From Octopus vulgaris (taxonomy: Eukaryota): a stretch of DNA of 64,000 nucleotides. Positions 55,007 through 64,000 of the stretch are shown here, one piece after another. The number at the start of each line of letters is the position of its first letter. Position 1 is the stretch's first letter. Location: NCBI GenBank assembly GCA_951406725.2, contig OX597818.1:5890001-5954000 (forward strand). The letters are read 5' to 3'. A model generated the notes under the pieces. The model saw only the letters and a list, made by a program, of their open reading frames with translations, was not told the DNA's origin and searched no databases. The position numbers and the translations under genes are program-made.

Positions 55007-57232
55007 TATTTTTACGATCATTATATATGTATTATTTATCTCCACTTAAATGCTAGAAGAAACAAGTGTTTTGCATGAAAGGCTAAGTGTTTCTCTCATG
55101 GTAACTACCACAGTTTAGTTTGTTTTAACAGAACATTCACATTTAAGCGGGATAAATATTACCCCCCGGTATTAAGCCTACCTCTGTCCCTAATATACAT
55201 ACACACACCCATGCAAATGAATAGATGTACATATTTTTGATCTGTACAATTGTACTAAGCAATTCCGTCAGTATCATTATTATATCATTTTTATAGGATA
55301 GATATACGTATGGAATGTATCTAATGTATATGTGAAATGACGTAATGTAAATACCAATTCTTGATATGATATTAACGTGTCTGCTCTATCATAATTTTGA
55401 ATGAAGATATAGAGATATTCATCCTCTGTTATCTAATCGGTTTCTTAAGTGTAAAACTGTTCGAAGCGATTTACATTGCTAATATGAAACAATGATTGGG
55501 AAGCCGTATCTGGATAAGCATTTAGTTTTATGCATCAACTTTATCCAACTTAATTAAGCAGTAAATTAAATTAAAACCAATGGAAAACAATACTACATTT
55601 AATAACATATACTACAAATTATTTCAGGAAACGTTACAATTTATGTGTCTGCTGAGAATTATAATACCTAATAGCAATGGAAGCAGCATTTATGTTGTAA
55701 TGACATCCTGAGGAATACTCCGGAAAAAATATCAATAATAATTGATTGTGAAATTTAATTAGATACACTACTGAAATGCTGCTTAAATATTCATTTCATT
55801 AGTTTTACCTTCTTCCTATATCATAATATTTGGTAGAAGTCCTCCGTATAAGGACTATGTAGTCAGGAATGAAAATTTACATGCTTGCATTAATCAACAA
55901 GAAATTCACTGAATAAATTTAATTTAGTTTATATAACATTAAGCCTCAATCCTTAAATCAGTAACTCATAATTTACATTTAGAAATAAAAATTCAGATAA
56001 GTTTTTGCCTTTCACGAGATTTTAGGTTGCCGTATATTTATTCACTTAGTAGTGCTGATTTAAAGCAATTATGATAAAAGCACTCCATCCATGATCAACT
56101 CGTATCGTTTTAGGTATACGGTACTTAGAACAACTTTACTCAAATTGTAATTTTTATTTATATAAGGAAGTGTGAAAGGGCAGAGATTTGCTGTTTGCCT
56201 TAAATGTTTTATCGTCAGGTTCATCTTAAAATTTATATAAAGACACAGAAATAGAAATTTCTGTGTCCAAAATTAAATTCTTATATTTTGTGTTTTCATT
56301 CCGAGCTGTAACTGAATTTATCTACAGTTTCTCTTATAATGCTATGAATTGTATAAAAAATAGTAGGAAACCTGCATTTCATTGTTTCAATTTATCAAAA
56401 TAATTTATGTAAATTTAAATATTCATTTCACAGCATTAATTTAATTACGTGCTCGTTGTACAACGTTCAGAATCTTATCCTAGCAATATACCTGAAGGAT
56501 ATATCGATTATATATTCTCTAGAATGCTCATGTAACTAAAGACATACGATAACCCACTCTAGTTTAGATATGCATTATAATTAATAATTAAACTTCGACA
56601 TTTTCGCAAACTGTATCGCGCTTCGATAGTTTTTAAGCGACTGTTTTTTCCGCCAACATATACCGAACTTTGTTTATTAACTTTCTTAACAATTTTTAAT
56701 TTATGATTTAAACGCACATCCAGAGAGAATTTTTTATTCGTACGTTTCTGAAGGTCCAGCAATTCATTTTAATATATCTTATCATTGTGTGTATCTTTAT
56801 AAAATATTAGAAGTTACATTTCCAAGTGGCTATAATCCTATTGAATAATATTACCTAAAAATAATGTATTAGAATATTAAATTATAATTTATTTTAATTT
56901 ATTTTTATCTCTTTATCAATATAAGTTTTTCCAGCAGAGATTACAATCGTTTAAAGATATATAGCTAACTTCCTTCACATTATTTTCTCGTTTGCATATA
57001 TTTAACACACTTGCCTCTTCCTACGAGTGCATATACATATTTAGTGTACATGTGTATGCTTTATATGTGTTTATATCAATTTATATGTATAGTTAGTATT
57101 CGGCTTTGTATTCAAATACTTTGTCTATGCGCGTGCGTATTTATATGTATGTTTGTATGTATATAGGAAAGTAAGTATATGGTTTATACAAATGCAATTT
57201 ACGTATCCCTGTAAGTATTTATATTCACATAT

Positions 57233-57280
<48 letters not shown>

Positions 57281-57597
57281 GAGCATGTTAGCGTGAGCGT
57301 GTAGATGTATCTGATATATATATTTAAGTTCGAGTTTCCTAGTTTAATTAAGCACTAATCGTAAAATATAAAATGGAATATACACGTGCGAAAAAAGGTG
57401 CTTAATTAAACTAAATTATACTCACCCCGCCCTAATTACCCAACGAAACTAAGCATTCTACCACAAGAAAACCTCTACGCAACGAATTCATCAGCGCAAC
57501 AGCAGAATTTAATGTAAGAATTACCACTTTTGTTTACATTACTATCACATATGTATAATTTATTTTCGCATCCTAACCGATGCATCTATCTGTATTC

Positions 57598-57648
57598 GCA
57601 TTCTGAAGAGTGTTACTTAAACCAGTAAATTGAAACGATCGTAAATGC
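57598..57648 (+). ncRNA. Type I HHR in a pLTR-like fragment ending at (TA)n at 57882
   Basis: gcatt-CTGAAGA-gtgTTACT taaacc AGTAAatt-GAAAC-gatc-GTA-aatgc. Confidence 0.85.
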
Positions 57649-57660
57649 TATTTTCATCTC

Positions 57661-57878
57661 TCCTTCTTCCTTCTGTGTTATCTAATTAATTAAAGACACT
57701 CCAGCGAAAACCACGATCTTCCCAATGTTATTATAACCATTTTCTTCTCCTATATAACCTAAACTTCAGTTTACCAACCAAACCACTTGCTACCGTACAA
57801 CCTTACAAAAGACTGTACCTACCCAGGTAATAACCAGGAGCGACTCTGGAATTAATTATCCCCTCTAACTGATACCTA

Positions 57879-57919
<41 letters not shown>

Positions 57920-58624
57920 CATATATGTCTTTATGCTTTCCTCCACTCTCCCTGATGCATATATGCGCTCATGCACTGTTCTATTATACCTTCTACATTA
58001 GTGTCATAGCTTACACTTTCTATTTTTAGGTTTATATTCGTTACACAATGGTTACAAACCAAAGCGTTCATGAGCTTATCAACTTATTTCGCCCTTCCCG
58101 TCATATATCGCCAACTGTTGTATTCTCAGTCTCTTTCAATCTCTAGTCTCTATCTGTCAATTCTTCTTTCCTCTTTGTTACGCTACTTCCTCCTCCCAGA
58201 CACGTTTCATGGATGTGTGTATATGTTTTGCTTCTATGTACTCTCTCTCTCTTTGTCTCTCTCTCTATATATATACACACATACATATATATATTGCATA
58301 CATCTGAATCTATATACTGTTTTCTGGCTTCAGTCATACGACTGCGGCTGTGCTGGAGCACTGGAGTGGCTGTGTAGGAAGAAGCTTGCTTCCCAACCAC
58401 ATGGTTCCAGGTTCAGTCCCACTGCGTGACATCTTGGGTTGGTGTTTTCGGCTATAGTCTCGAGTCGACCAAAGACTTGTGAGTGGATTTGCTAGACGGA
58501 AACAGAAAGAAGACTGTCCCATATATATATATATATATATATATATGGGACAGTCTTCTTTCTGTTTCCGTCTAGCAAATCCACTCACAGGGAGAGTGGA
58601 GGAAAGCATAAAGACATATATGGG

Positions 58625-58656
<32 letters not shown>

Positions 58657-58877
58657 GTGTAGGTATCAGTTAGAGGGGATAATTAATTCCAGATTCGCTC
58701 CTGGTTATTACCTGGGTAGGTACAGTCTTTTGTAAGGTTGTACGGTAGCAAGTGTTTTGGTTGGTAAACTGAAGTTTAGGTTATATAGGAGAAGAAAATG
58801 GTTATAATAACATTGGGAAGATCGTGGTTTTCGCTGGAGTGTCTTTAATTAATTAGATAACACAGAAGGAAGAAGGA
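57661..58877. repeat. Nested inverted duplication: 57661-57954 / 58588-58877 plus inner palindrome 58478-58589 centred on (TA)n
   Basis: Direct reverse-complement matches; the outer arms differ by two substitutions and by (TA)n length. Confidence 0.93.
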
Positions 58878-59042
58878 CATATATGTGTATGTATGCATGT
58901 GTGTGTATATGTTTGTGTGTCTGTGTTTTTGCACGCCCAACATCGCTTGACAACCGATGTTGGTACGTTTACTTCCCCGTAACTAAGCAGTTCGGCAAAA
59001 GAGACCGATAGACTAAGTACTAGGCTTGCAAAAAATAAGTAT
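58362..59042 (+). mobile_element. tRNA-derived SINE interrupted by the inverted duplication
   Basis: Homolog of 11965-12362; head 58362-58520, body resumes at ~58878. Confidence 0.85.
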
Positions 59043-59184
59043 CCTGGTCATGAGCTGTCAACTTACTCTCGTCTTATATTGTCCTTTATTCAACATAGGC
59101 ACAGTATTCTAGTCTTAGATTTAGCAGTTGATAAAGAGATAAATGAATTAGAAATCAATTACAACCCTTACAACCTATTTCGTT

Positions 59185-59410
59185 TCTACTCCCAAGGGGC
59201 TAAGCACAGAGGAGACAAACAAGGACAAACAGACGGATTAAGTCGATTATATCGACCCCGGTACGTAACTGGTACTTAATTTATCAACCTCGTAAGGATA
59301 AAAGGCAAAGTCGACCTCGGCGGAATTTGAACACAGAACGTAACGGCAGACGAAATACTGCTAAGCATTTCGCCCGGCGTGCTAACGATTCTGCCAGCTA
59401 ACCGCCTTTA
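59185..59410 (-). mobile_element. tRNA-derived SINE (MetaSINE-like)
   Basis: Same family as 27505-27717 and 30841-31471. Confidence 0.88.
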
Positions 59411-59778
59411 CAACCCTTACAATCCAATGACCCCCCCATGCTGCATGTGATTCTTAGAAATTGTAGTCTAATCTTAGTTACAATAGCAACAACATGAATT
59501 GCTTCCATCTTCTTGTTCTGTTAAAATATTTAAGAAAAATTATATGAATGTGTCCTACATGTTAAAATTCCATTTATTCATTTATGCTATCGAGGATGGC
59601 ACTGCATTTGAATCGATGTAATGATTGTATTCATCAGTTAAATGGAACTTCTTAAAACGGTCGCACTACATTACTACCATGCTGCTTAATTTGATCTTAA
59701 TCACCTTATTTTGAGCTCTGCGGATAATGCTGGACTGATTTGGTGCTTCAACTTAAGTACCTAATTCAATATGTATAT

Positions 59779-59983
59779 AGCAATATTAAATTCTGAACGA
59801 GCGAGAAGTGTATAGTAGCAGCACAGAATCCTAAAGTATATCTTCCACCTAAATGTGGCAGTCCCATAGGGGACGATGCTATTGTAGCATCGACCCCTAT
59901 GGCACCACCACATTTAGGTGGCTAATATACTTCATGATTCCGTACTGCTACTGTTTACTTCTCGCTTAGAGATTTAATATTGC
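59779..59983. repeat. Imperfect ~205-bp palindrome (MITE-like); partial third arm at ~60244-60281
   Basis: gcaatattaaa...gcgagaag...ccacctaaatgtgg..ccatagggg.cgatgcta / tagcatcg.cccctatgg..ccacatttaggtgg...cttctcgc...tttaatattgc. Confidence 0.85.
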
Positions 59984-60287
59984 TTTTTTCTCCTTTTTCG
60001 AGGTCAGTGACAGTTTGCCACTGGAAAAAGCATATACTATTTTGCGTTTGGAATGAATTCTTACCACTAACTGGTGATTATCACACACTGTTGACTTATT
60101 ACTATCCAGAAACTCGGGTCTGTGTGTATCACATACGGCTAGAGATGGGAACGATGATTTTCAATCGCAAATACTAATCAGACACAGACAGTGTGTCGTT
60201 AGTCAGCTACAGGAGGTATCTTCCTGGGGCTATAAATAACAGTAGAATCGTCCCCTATCGGACCGCCACATTTAGGTGGAAAACAAA

Positions 60288-60325
<38 letters not shown>

Positions 60326-60774
60326 CATACACGTTACTAAAATCCTTCACGTATAGTTATTGATTTATGTTTTGAATCTCACGTTTTAAATACCCAAACT
60401 GCGATCCTATTTATTGAATTAAAATATTAATTGTCTATCTTCTGGATATACATTTCCCCCATTTTAAACAACTTTTTTGCGATGTTGTGATATTTATATG
60501 TTCATGTTAATTTTCACTCCACCACCAACAGGTAACGAAAACCACACCGTTGAATTCTACTACATCATATCATATTATGTTACATGTACCTTTGCAATTT
60601 TAATTCAGTATAACCGCAACTGTTCGACGAACGGGAACGTGAGACTCTGAGTTATAGTTTGTGAAGAGTTTTGCAGCTTTAATAAAAATATATATACAAA
60701 TGAGTGTGCGTGTGTGTCTGTTTGTTAATGACACCTAGAAAGAGGTGCTTTTTCAACTTACCGAACTGAATCTC

Positions 60775-61860
60775 TTTGGCCAGGAGGATCTGATGTCATC
60801 GGACGGTAACCAACGTTCATCGGGTATTTCGACCCTGAACCGTAATACATTGGTGGCTCCGCGGAGGTGGCCAAATCACTGCTCCTCACCTCCCGGCTTC
60901 CAGCTTCACATCTCTCGCTTTTTCGGCTTCCTCTCCCATCCTACACACAGCCATCCTTAGCTCCTTTCGTCTTATTCCAGTGGCTGATCAGGGAAACCAC
61001 TGCAACTAACTTCGACTTGGAAAAGCCATAACTACCATCCCATCACCTTGTAATCCTGCAGAAAGCGTTCATTTGACGAGCTTCGATTCATGAGCCTCAT
61101 CACACCTCTCTTCCCATGGGACTCTGGGCTCAGTTAAGATAATTTTCTTGGTCTTTACAGACCACAGGAAGACACCTGGCCACAAGCTTTTATGGACGAT
61201 CTAGGGAAACTGTAGTCTTTTCCCCAGGTCCACTAATTGGGATCCACACCGCAAGCTACGTGTTTTCTCTTTTTGGCTGACATTACTGGCTTCTCTCCAT
61301 CTTTCACGAACTTAAATATTGATGTTATTTTCTCTTGATGATCTTTATATTGACACTTTCCTCATCCAGTGTGTGAGCAAGTATGTTAAGCACCATATCA
61401 TCGCGCCTCTTGTATCTTCCTTGAAAAAGTGCGATACTGCACCCTGACAAGATGTATGCCAGTGTGTCCCTTTCTCTACAAACACACTATTTAGATAACA
61501 AAAGAACACTGCATATAATACTACAGTTTCTCTATAGCAATACGGAGACTATATGAACATTGTTTGTTGAGAATTATCGAACATGAATGTTCTATGTGTT
61601 TCGCCATCTTCTCATTCGTCATACAATCACATGACATTCTGAAGGTTAATTTGAGATTTCACACGTAACATACAGTTTATTGTTGGTTCATGTTGCCAGT
61701 ACATCCACGGTTGGTATCCACAAGGTACTCTCCCTGTTATCCTCGTTGGCGTCGGGAGTGTATCATACAACGCCCGTAGCAGGAAGGAGATGTGGATAGG
61801 TTCCAGTCTCCACAAGTGAGTCCATGTGACCTTTTACAGAGGGTCCCACTGAGATACCAG
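60775..61860 (-). mobile_element. 3' part of a HERO/NeSL-type RLE LINE, interrupted at 61480-61743
   Basis: WRLEPIHISFLLRALYDTLPTP; TLAYILSGCSIALFQGRYKRRDDMVL; LWSVKTKKIILTEPRVPWEERCDEAHESK. Confidence 0.85.
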
Positions 61861-62522
61861 CTCCACATTTCCATCGTGTGGTTAATGATTAATGTTTCAT
61901 TCTAGGACACATTTTCTCACTTCAATTTATTGTTATCCTATTAATCATGAAATGTATGAGTATCTCTTACTTAATTTATATACACATGTGCATTTAGACT
62001 GACAGTTACTAATTTTAATACTTCCATATGAATTCACACCTGTTCACCCAAGACTAGAAAGAAAGTAATTTTACGCAATTGTATTACATAGTGCATTTGT
62101 TGGCACTTATTATATCTCCATCAAAGAAATATTGCTCTTCTTTTCATCGACAGATTATTAACTCACAGCTTTTAACGTTCTTATAATTTAAGGTAAGTTC
62201 AATTTGCACAACGGGGCAGATGTTGGAAACATAGAATTCGTGAACCATATTACATGAAACACACTATTTAGATTTTAAAAAAGGACACTGCATATACTCC
62301 TACAGTTTCTCTGTAACAATACGGAAAGTATAAGAACATCGTTTGCTGAGAATTACCGAACATGAATGTTGTATTTGTTTCCCCATTTTCTCATTCGTCA
62401 TACAATCACATGGCATTCTGAAGGTTAATTAGAGATTTTAAACGTAATATACAGTTTATAGTTGGTTCATGCTACTAGTACATCCACGGTTGGTATCCAC
62501 AATGTACCCTCCCTGTTATCCT
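61480..62522 (+). repeat. Direct repeat pair of ~265 bp (61480-61743 and 62257-62522)
   Basis: aaacacactatttagat...catccacggttggtatccaca...ccctgttatcct occurs in both. Confidence 0.9.
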
Positions 62523-64000
62523 TATTTTTCATTCTGTGAGAGGACATAGCGACTTTTTATATTAAAGTGCGTAGAGCATGAGAACTAGCCTATGTAACAA
62601 ATATCGGTCCAAATATTATGAAGGTGTAGAGACCTTACTACAACAATGAATGTGAAAATTTGACGGAAAAGAAACATGGCTGTAGATGGAACATATAAAG
62701 TAGCTCAGCCAGGTCGAGAGCATCTTTAGATTAATGTTGAATACTTTGAACGCATTCGCAAAGTACAATTGGTTGAGATCTAGACCATGATCTCACGCAG
62801 ATGCCTCCACCGATGTAAATGTTGAGTGTTTCAAATGAAGGGAAACAATTGGAGATCTCTATGACTAGAAGACGCTAACAGTTTAAAAATCGCGGATATA
62901 TAAAATGTGGAAGCATCGACATGTAACTTTGTGGATCTCAATTTTGGTCAGCATCAGGGTAGCAAAAGCAGAGTGTTGTAGGATGGTTTGTTTGAAGCTT
63001 ACTTTAACGCTAGTCGGCAATGCCGTAACTGAATAGGCGTAGGTGGTCGAGGAGTGCATCACTCTAATGGTGTAATTTGAAGGGTAGTAATCAATATCTA
63101 GTTGGGGTTGCAGCTAAAATAATCTGAAGGGGATAAAAGAACATATGAATGGATGTATTGAAAAGCAGCGAGAGTTCAAATCATTGCGTGGTCGACCGCG
63201 ATAGCTTCTTAAATACGTGCAAAGAAATGCTCATTTTGTGGCAAATAATGTAGATAATTTGATGGCAAGTACTGAGCTTTTGGGCAGGTGATGAGCGTTA
63301 CTTCTACCTACCACGAAACTGTAACCAAAACGAAAACTAAAAAGGCATGATTTTTAGTGTGACAAGTAAAATCAAAGTAACGGCTTGATATTTATTATTA
63401 AAAAAGATTTGATTGAATTTCGAAATCTGTCTACCAAAACTGGAGACCTGGATGAAATTCAATGAAAATTTTGTGTGTAAATATGCACGTGTGTATGTGT
63501 AGGTGACGGCGTCACTTTATGTAACGATTTGAGAAAACAACCGATGATTAAACATTATTTTCATTTATTTAATTGCTTACAATCCAACCAATGATCTTTT
63601 ATTCATTTTAATACATACTATTTTAATATGTTAATTTGAAATTAACATTGAAAATTTTTTTAGTGTTAATAATGCCACTTAAATGAAGTGTATTTAAAGC
63701 ATGTAAACGATATACAGTATGTCCATTTGATACAAAGCCGGATATAAACGTACAGTCCACCTTGCGCCACTTCCAATCGATTGGTCATTCCCTGCAACAT
63801 GTGTCTGTGTTCGGACTGGCCGTGCACAGAGGCTACTTGGACTTCAGCGTCCACCGAAACCTGGAATTAATTTCAGGATTAATTTCAGTTCCTCTTGGTC
63901 TTCAGTTCTTCACATCACTTCATCTAAACCCAAATCCACACACATTTACACGCACCAAACATCTCCCACATTCTAATGCCTTTTCTAGTCTAGCATCCCC

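Noticed and set aside
60790-60845. GAAA...CCGATGA motifs in the HERO-like 3' UTR (partly also at 13630-13650)
   Set aside because: I could not close stems into any standard hammerhead topology.
62700-63200. Possible Gypsy RNase H relic on the minus strand (YPD..., LHVDAS)
   Set aside because: Only very short motifs in different frames; needs tBLASTn or an HMM search.

Overview
AT-rich eukaryotic non-coding DNA (intron or intergenic) with no host protein-coding exon I can support. The SINE families, (TA)n/(TAA)n density and transposon spectrum look like an octopus/cephalopod genome (inference). The window is a mosaic of decayed transposons: Tc1, maT-like and mariner DNA transposons, a non-autonomous Helitron, tandem Dong/R4 LINEs in (TAA)n, HERO/NeSL-type LINE fragments, tRNA-derived SINEs and Penelope-like element (PLE) fragments. 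The main signal the ORF track misses is about 20 type I hammerhead ribozyme (HHR) motifs from at least 12 sequence families, on both strands, mostly in short elements within or beside (TA)n tracts. Most have self-complementary stem III and many have long stem II arms. Several lie in fold-back palindromes with one architecture: (TA)n - short arm - mirror arm - tail - (TA)n. Two others lie in retrozyme-like units of 599 and 362 nt. All folds were read by eye and coordinates counted by hand, so ends may be off by a few bases. Ribozyme activity and expression are untested.
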